Shown here one piece after another: positions 11,140-22,823 of a DNA stretch of 64,000 nt (its first letter is position 1; each line of letters begins with the position of its first letter). The stretch lies in the NCBI RefSeq assembly GCF_006345805.1, contig NC_043001.1:15438001-15502000 (forward strand), written 5' to 3'. Under the pieces are notes generated by a model. It was not told the origin of the DNA. It saw only the letters and a list, made by a program, of their open reading frames with translations, and searched no databases. Both the position numbers and the translations under genes were made by a program. Source of the stretch: Octopus sinensis (lineage: Eukaryota).

Positions 11140-11880
11140 AAACCCGAAGTTTTGGGGGAGTGGGCCAGTAGATTAGATCGACCCCAGTCCGCAACTGGTA
11201 CTTAATTTATCGACCCCAAAAGGATAAAATGCAAAGTCGACCTCGGCGGAATTTGAACTCAGAATGTAGCGACAGACGAAATACCTATTTCTTTACTACC
11301 CAAAAGGGGCTAAACACAGAGAGGACAAACAAGGACAAACGGATTAAGTCGATTATATCGACCCCAGTGCTTAACTGGTACTTAATCTACCGACTCCGAA
11401 AGGATGAAAGGCAAAGTCGACCTTGGTGGAATTTGAATTCAGAACGTAACGGCAGAAGAAATACCTATTTCTTTACTACCCACAAGGGGCTAAACACAGA
11501 GGGGACAAACAAGGACAGACAAACGGAGTAAGTCGATTACATCGACCCCAGTGCGTAACTGGTACTTAATTTATCGACCCCGAAAGGATGAAAGGCAAAG
11601 TCGACCTCGGCGATATTTGAACTCAGAACGTAGCGGCAGGGGAAATACCTATTTCTTTACTACCCACAAGGGGCTAAACACAGAGGGGACAAACAAGGAC
11701 AGACAAACGGATTAAGTCGATTACATCGACACCAATGCGTAACTGGTACTTAATTTATCGACCCCGAAAGGATGAAAGGCAAAGTCGACCTCGGCGGAAT
11801 TTGAACTCGGAACGTAACGGCAGCAGAAATACGGCTATGCATTCCGCCCGGCGTGCTAACGTTTCTACCAGCTCGCCGTT
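11140..11880 (-). mobile_element. SINE family B (MetaSINE-like core) multimer with four tandem cores
   Basis: Core gccgaggtcgactttgcctttcatcctttcggggtcgataaattaagtacc repeated with period 180-184 bp (cgacccc-type anchors at 11179, 11359, 11543, 11727); tRNA-like head near 11880, tail near 11140. Confidence 0.85.
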
Positions 11881-11981
11881 TTAGTCATTGATTGATATTG
11901 TCATAGACATACACTCGGTGTGTATATGAGTGCGAGTATACATACACGAATAAACACATACACTCACACACACACAACTCT

Positions 11982-12038
<57 letters not shown>

Positions 12039-12239
12039 CTCTCTATCTCACACACACATGTATGAATGTATATATATTTGTGTTTGTTTTCAGCTCGAAT
12101 GATTTGGGCTTCGAGTATTGGCAGAAGGCCAACAATTTCGAAGAAGGGTAAATCGATTACATCGACCCTGATGCTCACTAAGTATTTATTTTATTGGCTG
12201 ACATCTATGACACTATATACATCTTGTTATGCATATGTA

Positions 12240-12970
12240 CAAAGTCTGATCAATACGTATCTGGACTGTCGCCATAGTAATGAAGCTAAAGCACACAGAG
12301 TGAAGCCGCTTGGTACATATTGACCTTGAACTCTGCTGTGCATGCACACAAAGTTTTAACATTTTAGCTCACTTCCGCTGTTTATAGCAGTGCTTGGAAG
12401 CAAGGTGTGTAGCGTGTGATTGTCGCATTAACCATAACAGAGAAAGTTGAACAGAGAATCTGCGTCAACTTTTGCCAAAAGCTTGGTGATACCTGCTCAG
12501 AAACATACGTAAAGTTTTCAAAAACCTTTTCATCGTCCTCAACACAATCGAGGAAATCTTGTGCATCTGAAACCCGAGTGTCTTTTTGGTCAGCTGAAAG
12601 CAGTTTTGGCACAAACTTGGCAGACACGCGTCTCATACCCAAATCTGATAATGGACTGAACTGAACCGTAACTAATCTGCACATCCTCTGATAACTCACG
12701 GATGGGCTATGAGAAGGTATCGCAAAGTTTTTTGACAAAATTTGATTCAGATTCTCTGCTCAACTTTCTCTGTCATGGTCAATGCGACGATTACACGCTA
12801 CACACCTTCCTTACAAGCACTGCTGTAAACAGTGGAAGTGAGCGAGAACGCTAAAACTTTGTGCGCATTCACAGCAGAGTTCAAGGTCAATCTGTGCCAA
12901 GCGGCTTCACTCTGCGTGCTTTAGCTTCGTTACTATGGCATCAGTCCCGATACTTATTGATCAGACCTCA
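12240..12970. mobile_element. Mariner-derived non-autonomous element with long TIRs
   Basis: Termini (t)acaaagtctgatcaata / tattgatcagacctc; minus-strand LGMRRVSAKFVPKLLSADQKDTRV mariner motif; same family as 54625-55504. Confidence 0.85.
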
Positions 12971-13018
12971 TGTGTTTATGTATGTATTTCTTTGAGTTTA
13001 ATTTAATCTCTTCTTGCG

Positions 13019-13124
13019 AGATTGTATGTTGTTGACGTCATAAGATGTGTCTCGTAACTATCAAAGCAACAAGACATTTTTAAAGTTACGAGACACATCT
13101 TACGACGTCAACAACATACAATCT
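13019..13124. repeat. 41-bp inverted repeat (40/41 identical), 24-nt spacer
   Basis: agattgtatgttgttgacgtcataagatgtgtctcgtaact versus the reverse complement at 13084-13124. Confidence 0.9.
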
Positions 13125-13857
13125 TCGTTGATAAGAAGTTAAGAGAGTTTGCAAATATGTGGCTGAGCTGGTGTATTGGTTGAACTAACGATGCATACAC
13201 CCAAGAGCATGCTTCTCACCAGATGTATGTGTGTGTGTGTGTGGGGGTGGGGTGTAAGTGTGTCTGTGTGTGTATGTATGTATGTATAAATATTTAATTT
13301 TAAATATTTAATTTTGCCCACGATGTGATAAGCTCAGAAAAAATTCAAGTGCTGGTTTTACAGCCCCTTGGTTAGAAACTGTAGACCCAATATAATAGTT
13401 TCAAGTCTTCTTAAACCTTCTTCAGAGAAAGAATATCCATGTTCTGCTTACGCTGAAATTAGTAGTAGCTAATTAAAAGCTATTCATGAACAAATGAATG
13501 AATTAACTTTTGTCATGGCTGCATGCCGGGGCCCCAGGCACAACCAAGGACTCTTCGCCACACGCCACCATCTCGAGCTGTAGCCGTACACTCTCCTAGG
13601 GTCCACGACATCTTATGACGTCAACAACAAACAATTCTTGCTGATAAGAATGGGTGGAGAAATTCAAAAAATTGCTTTGGTACAATAGTAGAACGTCTGT
13701 CGTACCTACAGATGTGGCTTCGAGTCCTACTGACAGCCTCCGACATTTTCTATCCTCAAAGATTTTCCGACTTAATATTTGTATATTAGTATTTATAGCT
13801 TTATGTGTGTGCTTCGAGACATTTCCAGAAAAAAATGTATGTATGATAATTTTATGT

Positions 13858-14330
13858 CAAGATTTCTTACTAATAGAGAAAGAGCCGGTTTCTAACCTAG
13901 ATCCAAGGCTCCTTCATTGGAATTTCAACATCTACAACAGGGTATTTTTGTATGTATGTATGTATGTATGTATGTATGTATGTATGTATGTATGTATGTA
14001 TGTATGCATGGATGCTATTGTTCAGTTTTATTTCAAGATATCTTGCCAATAGAGAAAGAGCCAGTTTCTAACCTAGATCGAAGGCTCCTTCATTGGAACA
14101 CCAACAACAGGGTATTTTTGTTTGTTTGTATGTATGTATGTATGTATGTATGTTTGTTTGTATGTACGTATGTATTTGTATGTTATATATGTCAATATTC
14201 AGTTTTATTTCAAGATTTCTTGCCAATAGAGAAAGAACCGGTTTCTAACCTAGATCCAAGGCTCCTTCATTGGAATTTCAATATGAACAACAGGATATTT
14301 TTGTTTGTATGTATGTATGTAGGTATGTGT
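13858..14330 (+). repeat. Three tandem ~180-190 bp units, each ending in (ATGT)n
   Basis: caagatttcttgccaatagagaaagagccggtttctaacctagatccaaggctccttcattggaa repeated three times. Confidence 0.9.
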
Positions 14331-14929
14331 GTATGTCTGTATGTATCTATCTGTGTATGTGTATGTGTACACACGTCCAATGAACATACAAGTATATCTG
14401 TAACAAACACATCTACAATCAAACGTTCGTAATGTGTATGCGTACGTGCAAGTGTACGCGTGTGTGCGTGTATACATGTGCGTGTGTGTGCGTGTGCGTG
14501 CGTGTGTCTGTGTACGCGTGCGTGTGTGAAACAGAAGGAAGCAGGAAGGAAGCGAATCCTACACTCCCCCCACCCGTCCTCCGCCTCCCCACACTCATCA
14601 CCATTACCTCCACCCACCCGCGCCACCTGTCCCCCGCCTCCACCACCCTCTCCCCCACCTTCCATCGCCACTCACAACACAACGCAGCCATAACTGCACT
14701 GTTGTGATCCAAGGGGTGAAGCAGTGCACTGGTTCTAATTGCTGCCCTGCCCTCATTGCTCTGTGTAGGTGTGGGTGTCAGGGTGGGTGGGAGTAGAGGT
14801 GGATGGGGGAATGCGGCTATTGGGGGGTGAGAAGGGGGCTGTCGGCAGGGGGAGGGCGGTGAGGTTTATTGTAATTAATAGGGACCTTCTAATAGTGCTT
14901 ACAGCTGCTGGACATATATGTACGCATTA

Positions 14930-14931
14930 AC

Positions 14932-14978
<47 letters not shown>

Positions 14979-15260
14979 TAATAATAATAATAATAACAAT
15001 AATAATAACAATAATAATAATAATAACAATAACAACAACAACAATAATAATAATAATAATAATAATGATGATAATAATAATAATAATGATAATAATGATA
15101 ATAATGATGTAATAATAATAATAATAATGATAATAATAATAATATGATAATAATAATAATAACAATAATAACAATAATAACAATAGTAATAATAATAACA
15201 ATAATAACAATAATAACAATAATAATAATGATAATAATAATAATAATAATAATAATAATG
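14930..15260. repeat. (AAT/AAC/GAT)n microsatellite
   Basis: Directly visible. Confidence 0.97.
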
Positions 15261-15293
15261 TATATATGTGGTGATATTTGTATATATGATAAT

Positions 15294-15342
<49 letters not shown>

Positions 15343-15347
15343 TATAT

Positions 15348-15383
<36 letters not shown>

Positions 15384-15665
15384 CATACCAGTGTACGTTT
15401 GATGCGCGCAACAATGACTCACACACATGTACCTCTACAGGCAGACAGGGCAGGGAGGGAGAGTACAATGAATTTATGAACCTGCAGAGCAGATATGCAT
15501 ATCTATACATGAGTATTATACACGTTTACAGAGGCACTGAATGTGAAGAACATAAAAGAAATGATACAAGCCATCTAGATTTATGATGTATGTGTGTGAG
15601 TGAATGAATGAATGTTTGTATGTATATATGTGTGTATATATATATATATATATAATTATATATAT

Positions 15666-15707
<42 letters not shown>

Positions 15708-16002
15708 AATATATAGCTATATATATATTGTATGTATGTATGTATGTATATATATATGTATGTATGTATATATGTATATATATTATGTATATAATATATA
15801 TATATAAGTAGTTGAATGAATTATCCTAGTATGGATAAATCGGTAAACCGATACCCGGGTAGCAAATTCACGTCAGAAAACACGGTTGAAGCTACATGCC
15901 AAGGGCAGAAATCACTTGATTTCGTGTGGAAATTTCGTGTGTTTTTTTATATAAATAAATGAAAGAATGGAGTCGAACGACGATTTAACAAAATTCCTTT
16001 AT

Positions 16003-16037
16003 TCCTGACATATGTTTCGAAGACTCCATTCTTTCAT
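16003..16037 (-). ncRNA. 5'-truncated hammerhead ribozyme
   Basis: Minus strand ..ATGA-aaga/tctt(c)-GAAA-catatg-TC-agga; palindromic helix III ACATATGT and GUC triplet; CUG and helix I 5' arm lost to the (TA)n side. Confidence 0.6.
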
Positions 16038-16041
16038 TATT

Positions 16042-16077
<36 letters not shown>

Positions 16078-16083
<6 letters not shown>

Positions 16084-16150
16084 CGTTCACTCGTGACCGA
16101 GGAAGACCATTGCTGAACCTCAGGAACAGTGTGCGCTCTACGACTAATAT
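16078..16150 (-). mobile_element. Probable RTE-type LINE 3' terminus
   Basis: Reverse complement ends tcttcctcggtcacgagtgaacggccatcat; similar end at 39675-39830. Confidence 0.4.
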
Positions 16151-16484
16151 TTTGCATTCACGGCTCCGTTGTGTGTGTGTGTGGAGGGGGTGTTTGGGTT
16201 TGTGGGTGTGGATGACCCGTCCTTGTTTTCTTTGTATCGTCTATCTGGATGTTTTGTTGTCCCATTTTTCTATCACCCAGCTGTCCGGATGTTTTGCGAT
16301 CTTGTCCCATTTTGTATTATATACATACATATGTGTGTGTGTGTGTATATATACATATACATATATATATACATATAAAATACACAGCTTTATTTTGAGA
16401 TTGCTAATGTTAACAATACTCGCAAATAAAATGCAGACTGGAGTTGTGGTGCTCCAAGCGAGCTATATTCCGCTTAAGAATCTG

Positions 16485-16797
16485 AATGGAGGCAATGCAA
16501 GCAGAAACTGGAGGAACATAATTAATAACCATACCCAAAATCAAATATATACTTATATTCTTCTACATTTATAAAACGGATATAAAAATTCCAAATATAT
16601 AAATATAAAAATGCATACAAAAATAGATAAATATGTATTTTTATATTTATATTTATATATTTGGAATTTTTATATCCGTTTTAAAATGTAGAAGAATATA
16701 TGTATATATTTGATTTGGTATGGTTATTAATTATGTTCCTCCAGTTTCTGGTTGCATTGCCGCCATTTAGATTAATAAATGGTACATATATACAAAC

Positions 16798-16860
<63 letters not shown>

Positions 16861-16972
16861 CAACTTTGTCTTGATAAGTTCAATAAACAAACAAAATCAT
16901 TGATAAAGAATTATCCAAATTCTGACTGCCTCCTTTTTCTCAACATATATATATATATATATATAATATATA

Positions 16973-17022
<50 letters not shown>

Positions 17023-17190
17023 GTACCATTTAATAATCCTAAATGGCGGCAATGCAACCAGAAACTGGAGGAACATAATTAATAACCATACACAAAATCA
17101 AATATATACTTATATTCTTCTACATTTATAAAACGGATATAAAAATTCCAAATATATAATTATAAAAATGCATACAAATAGATAAATATC
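16485..17190. repeat. Three copies of a ~140-170 bp unit in + / - / + orientation
   Basis: ggcaatgcaaccagaaactggaggaacataattaataaccatac...aaaatgcatac at ~16485 (+), ~16632-16800 (-) and ~17015-17190 (+). Confidence 0.9.
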
Positions 17191-17924
17191 GATATTTAAA
17201 ACACAGTGAATTTTAGATTTAAAAGTTATAATACAATGGTATAATAAAAATTTTATGTTAAAACATTAAAAGGACGTACTAAATACCATGAAAATATTAC
17301 ATATATATATATATGTATGCATATGTTTGTGTGCCTGTGATTGTCCCCCCCAAGATCGCTTGACAATCAATGCTGGTGTGTTTACGTCCCGGTAACTTAG
17401 CGGTTCGGCAGAAGACACCTATAGAATAAGTACTAAGCTTTCAAAGAATATGTCCTGGGATCGATTTGCTCGACTAATGGCAGTGCTCCAGCATGACTAC
17501 AGTCAAATAACTGGAAAAAAACAAACTCCACAAACGTTGGCAACGGTGGGAAGCGAACACACAAACCACAGACAAGAAAAACCACCAACATGGCTTAATT
17601 GAGGAAATTTATTACATTCGTAAACCACTTTTTACATTCTACTTGCTTCTTTCCTTTCTACGTTTCCTTTTTTTTCCCCCCTTTTTCTTTTATTTACCTT
17701 TTTCCCCATCCTTTTCTTTTTTATTCCTGACGTTTTCTTTTTTCTATCGTCCACTCAGATCTTTCTTGTTATCCTCCCCCTCTCTACTTCGAACTTGATG
17801 GAGGTAATTCTCCCTCCTCTACTTTCGTTTATTTATTTATTTGACAGAAACTTAAATATTGAAATGACGAAAGAATTATCACGATGTTTGGTAGCGTCCC
17901 ATTTTTTTTTTTAAGAGAGAAACA

Positions 17925-18330
17925 GGCGCAGGAGTGGCTGTGTGGTAAGTAGCTTGCTAACCAACCACATGGTTCCGGGATCAGTCCCACTGCGTGGCAT
18001 CTTGGGCAAGTGTCTTCTACTATAACCCCGGGCCGACCAATGCCTTGTGAGTGGATTTGGTAGACGGAAACTGAAAGAAGCCTGTCGTATATATGTATAA
18101 TATATATATAAGTGTGTGTGTATATGTTTGTGTCTCTGTGTTTGTCCCCCTAGCATTGCTTGACAACCGATGCTGGTATGTTTACGTCCCCGTCACTTAG
18201 CGGTTCGGCAAAAAAGACCGATAGAATAAGTACTGGGCTTGCAAAGAATAAGTCCCGGGGTCGATTTGCTTGACTAAAGGCGGTGCTCCAGCATGGCCAC
18301 AGTCAAATGACTGAAACAAGTAAAAGAGAA
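17925..18330 (+). mobile_element. SINE family A, full length
   Basis: A-box-like tggctgtgtgg, B-box-like head, ccttgggcaagt CORE-like segment, gactgaaac(aagtaaaagag) tail. Confidence 0.92.
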
Positions 18331-18459
18331 AGAGAAAGTGTGCATGTGTAGTACACACACACACACACACACAGATACCGTGGTGCTCCGTCGGTTAGGA
18401 CGACGAGGGTTCCAGTAGATCCGATCAACGGAGCAGACTGCTCGTGAAATTAACGTGTA

Positions 18460-18695
18460 AAAGGCGGCGATCTGGCAGAATCGTTAACACGCCGGGCGAA
18501 ATGCGTAGCCGTATTTCGTCTGCCGTTACGTTCTGAGTTCAAATTCCGCCGAGGTCGACTTTGCCTTTCATCCTTTCGGGGTCGATAAATTAAGTACCAG
18601 TTACGCACTGGGGTCGATGTAATCGACTTAATCCGTGTGTCTGTCCTTGTTTGTCCTCTCTGTGTTTAGTCCCTTGTGGCTAGTAAAGAAATAGG
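18460..18695 (+). mobile_element. SINE family B inserted in a family D tail
   Basis: aaggcggcga..tggcagaatcg head, gttcaaattcc B box, Meta-like core. Confidence 0.88.
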
Positions 18696-18696
18696 T

Positions 18697-19060
18697 TAGG
18701 ACGACGAGGGTTCCAGTAGATCCGATCAAGATCAGCCTGCTCGTGAAATTAACGTGCAAGTGGCTGAGCACTCCACAGACACGAGTACCATTGACGTAGT
18801 TCATTGACGTAGATTCATCGTGACACAGAGTGTGACAAGGTTGGCCCTTTGAAATATAGGTACAACAGAAACAGGAAGTAAGAGTGAAAAGTGTGGTGAA
18901 AGAATACAGCAGGGTTCGCCACTACCCCATGCCGGAGCCTCAAGAAGCTTTAGGTGTTTCCGCTCAATAAACACTCACAACGCCCGGTCTGGGAATCGAA
19001 ACGGTGATCCTACGATTACGAGTACGCTGCCCTAACCACTGGGCCATTGTGCTTCCTCAC
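18697..19060 (-). mobile_element. SINE family D (tRNA-like head shared with family C)
   Basis: Reverse complement matches 23659-24035. Confidence 0.85.
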
Positions 19061-19109
19061 ATATACATGTATATCTATATGCGCGTGCGTGTTCGTATGT
19101 ATGTATGTA

Positions 19110-19440
19110 TTCTTTTATTCTTTTACTTGTTTCAGCCATTTGACTGCGGCCATGCTGGAGCACCGCCTTTAGTCGAACAAACCGATCCCAGAACTTATTC
19201 TTTGTTCGTACTTATTCTATCGGTCTTTTGCCGAACCGCTAAGTTATGGGGACGTAAATACACTAAAATAGGTTGTGAAGAGATGGTGGTTGAACACACA
19301 CACACATATACAACGGGGTTCTTTCAGTTTCCGTCTACTAAATCCGTTCACAACGCTTTGGTCGGCCCGAGGCTATAATAGAAGACACTTGTCCAAGATG
19401 CTATGCAGTGGGACTGAACCCGGAATCATGTGGTTGGGAA
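19110..19440 (-). mobile_element. SINE family A
   Basis: Homology to the other copies. Confidence 0.88.
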
Positions 19441-19533
19441 GTACACGTCGGTATGTATGTATGTATGTATGTATGTATGTATTTATGTACGTACGTATAT
19501 ATGTATGTATGAATGTATGTATGTATGTATGTA

Positions 19534-19572
<39 letters not shown>

Positions 19573-19596
19573 CTGTATGTATGTATGTATGTATAC

Positions 19597-19647
<51 letters not shown>

Positions 19648-19930
19648 GACCATATAGAGACCCGTTGTTTTTCTCGTATTTCTTTAATGTTCAGTATCCG
19701 CAGTGTGTGAATTAGGGTGTTGATGGAGGGCTGATTGCACTCCCCTTGTTGTTATGGTTTCCAGATGGTTGATCCAGATTTCTAGCAACCAGTGCATCTG
19801 TGTATGTTTTGGAAGTCCCAGAGGAAACCTCGGTTAAGCTGCTCAGATTTTTGAAAGACAGTTATCTGGGTCTTTAAGTGTCAAAATATTGCCCTATAGA
19901 TTTCATATTTGTGTACACGCACACACACAG

Positions 19931-19993
<63 letters not shown>

Positions 19994-20042
19994 TACATGC
20001 ATACATACATGCATACATACAGATACAGATGCCTAAAATGTA

Positions 20043-20165
20043 CGTGGTCTGATCAAAAAGTATCCGGACTGTTGCACAGTAACGAAGCTAAGGCACACAG
20101 AGTAAAGCCACTTAGCACAGGTTGACCTTGAACACTGCTGTGCATGCGCATTAAGTTTTAACGTT
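20043..20165 (+). mobile_element. Solo 5' end of the mariner family
   Basis: ta|cgtggtctgatcaaaaagtatccggactg matches the terminus at 54625. Confidence 0.8.
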
Positions 20166-20762
20166 CTTAACACTAACCGGTGTTAGTGTGCTTACATCCC
20201 CGCAACTATATAACGTAGCGGCTCGGCGAAAGAGATCGAGTATCAAGCTAATAAAAATAAGTCCCGGGGGCGATTCAGTCGACTAAAATTCTTCATGTGG
20301 TACCCCAGCATGGCCGCAGTCTAGTAACTGAAACAAGTAAAGTTTATTTTTTAAATGCACACGCACGCACCACACACACACATACACACACAAACACACA
20401 CACACACATATATACACATATATACACATATGTATGTGTGTGTTCATGTGTGTCAGCGAGCGTGGGCGGCAAATCTTACTGGCGCTGTAAATTAATTCTC
20501 TATAAACATCCAGTTAATTAAAACTGTACTAATTGAACATATCAATTCATTAAAAATGCAGTAATTAGTTCAATAACCTTCAAAATATTTTGTTAAACTT
20601 TTAAATGTCATTTTTAGCATATTTCAAAGCGATAAATACAAATCAACGATTTACTGCAGTCGAAGACGGGCGAAATATATTTTTATGCAATTATTTCTTC
20701 GAAGACTCTTTTCTTAAGTTCCTTTACACTGCATCTTTTTTGTCACAAAACATATATACTTC

Positions 20763-21065
20763 GTGGAGGCGCAATGGCCCAGTGGTTAGGACAGCGGACT
20801 CGCGGTCGGAGGATCGCGGTTTCGATTCCCAGACTGAGCGTTGTGTGTGTTTATTGAGCGAAAACACCTAAAAAGCTCCACGAGGTCCCGGCACGGGGTA
20901 GTGGCGACTTCTGTTGTACTCTTCGCCACAAATTTCTCTCACTCTTTCTTCCTGTTTCTTGAGTAATGCTGCGATGGACTGGCGTCCCGTTCAGCTGGGG
21001 GGAAAACATACGCCACAGAACCCGGGGAACCGGGCCCATGAGCCTGGCTAGGCTTGAAAAGGGCG
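20763..21065 (+). mobile_element. SINE family C (tRNA-like head, V-SINE-like domain)
   Basis: tggcccagtgg A box, gtttcgattcc B box, gcgatggactggcgtccc motif resembling the V domain. Confidence 0.7.
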
Positions 21066-21117
21066 ATGTTTTTTATATATACTTCGCTCCATTTTAGAGT
21101 CGATGTACATTGACATA

Positions 21118-21460
21118 AAGACGGCGAGCTGGCAGAATCGTTAGCACGCCGGATGAAATGCTTAGCGGTATTTCGTCTGCCGTTACGTTCCGAGTTCAAA
21201 TTCCGCCGAGGTCGACTTTGCCTTTCATCCTTTCGGGGTCGATTAAATAAGTACCAGTTACGCACTGGGGTCGATGTAATCGACTTAATCCGTTTGTTTG
21301 TCCTTGTTTGTCTCCTCTGTGTTTAGCCCCTTGTGGGTAGTAAAGAAATAGGTATTTCGTCTGTCTTTACGTTCTGAGTTCAAATTCAGCCGGGGTCGAC
21401 TTTGTCTTTCATCCTTTTAGAGTCTATAAATTAAGTACCAGTTGCGTTACTGGGGTAGAC
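21118..21460 (+). mobile_element. SINE family B dimer
   Basis: Head, core, spacer, junction gaaatagg|tatttcgtc at ~21352, second core. Confidence 0.85.
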
Positions 21461-21494
21461 CCGATGTTTAAACTACAGCATGGACTGAAGAACA

Positions 21495-21535
21495 ACTCTA
21501 CTAGTTTCGTCACTTTTTACGAACTCATCAGAAAT
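21495..21535 (-). ncRNA. Minimal type I hammerhead ribozyme
   Basis: attt-CTGATGA-gtt..gac-GAAA-ctag-TA-gagt; palindromic helix III ACTAGT and GUA triplet; helices I and II weak (G-U rich). Confidence 0.6.
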
Positions 21536-21722
21536 GTTTACATCATTGAATCTACAAAGGGAGGGAGGGAGAGAGGGGGAGGGGGAGAAAAGGAGAGAAG
21601 CTCATAACTATTTATAAAAAAACGTGGTGAAAAACCAGTGTCTACTGTTTGTCATGAACAAAGGAACGCGAACTCAGTGCGTATTGTCGAAAAATTACTT
21701 ATACTATTACTCTGTCTCTGTC

Positions 21723-21772
<50 letters not shown>

Positions 21773-22270
21773 ACGCGCGCACACACACTCACGCACATGA
21801 CCTGTTAAATTGTTGTATACTATTACCGGTGGAGAACTTTCTAAAGATCCTCCATAACATGTATCAAAAACTCTACCCCCAATTTCCCACCTTAGACTCT
21901 CTGTACATAAAAATTCCCAGTTGTTGATAGTAAGGACCATCTAACTAGCAGGCAGGGAGAGAGAGAGAGAGAGAGACAGAGAAGAGGGAGGGAGAGAGAG
22001 AGAGGTGGGTGAGAGAGTGAGAGAGAGAGAGAGAAGAAGGTCCTGAGATTGTCACCTGTCATCATTAGACGTCAGTCACGAAAGTGAATGACAATCAGGT
22101 TGTGTCTACCTTGCCAACTTGTTTTCACTATGTCAAGTCACTTGGTGAGATGCATCGACTGGGACATGGTGGCGGTGGTGCTGATGGTGGTGCTGGTGAT
22201 GTTGGTGGTAATGGTAATGGTGTTCTGTGGCACTGTCGGGGATATGAGATTTTGCTGTTATAATCTAGTC

Positions 22271-22766
22271 CAGTGGTTCCCAACCTTTTCACAGTGGTTC
22301 CCAAAAGTGGTTCACAACGCATTTGTTTAAATGAGTTTTCCCACGGACTCTTTTTAATATGCTTAAATCTTCTGTCGCTGCCGTAAGGCTTTACTTCCAC
22401 ACACCGCAGCTTAATTTAATTCGTCCTTAGTCGAAAGACATCTGTTGTTATATCCTGTTATTTGTATTTGTGTAACATTTCTGGGGAATGGGGGTGTCCG
22501 TCCTTGTTTTCGTATACATTCGCGGGTTTCTTCCAAAGAATGTAATGCTCTTAGCTTATTTTTCCTTGGGGCTGGCCAGATTGGAGCAATCTCGAGTATA
22601 ACCAGCCGGAATTGCAAGGATAATCTGGAACTCGACTGAGGATAGAAAACTCCGAATGATCCATCCTTGTTTTCCTTGAATCGTATGTCTGGATATTTGG
22701 GTATTTTATTTTTTTGATTCACCTATCTGTCTGGATGTTTTGCGTTCTTGTCCCATTTTTATATTG

Positions 22767-22823
<57 letters not shown>

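Noticed and set aside
14690-14735. Possible pre-miRNA (tgcactg...cagtgca)
   Set aside because: Only ~7 contiguous base pairs and no recognised mature sequence.
16078-16170. HDV-like ribozyme (ggccgt/acggct pairing, CTAAT)
   Set aside because: Elements are in the wrong order for the nested double pseudoknot; better explained as an antisense RTE 3' end.
20763-20835. tRNA genes at SINE heads (also 23659, 40380 and 45928)
   Set aside because: A and B boxes are present, but there is no complete cloverleaf and each continues into a repeat body.
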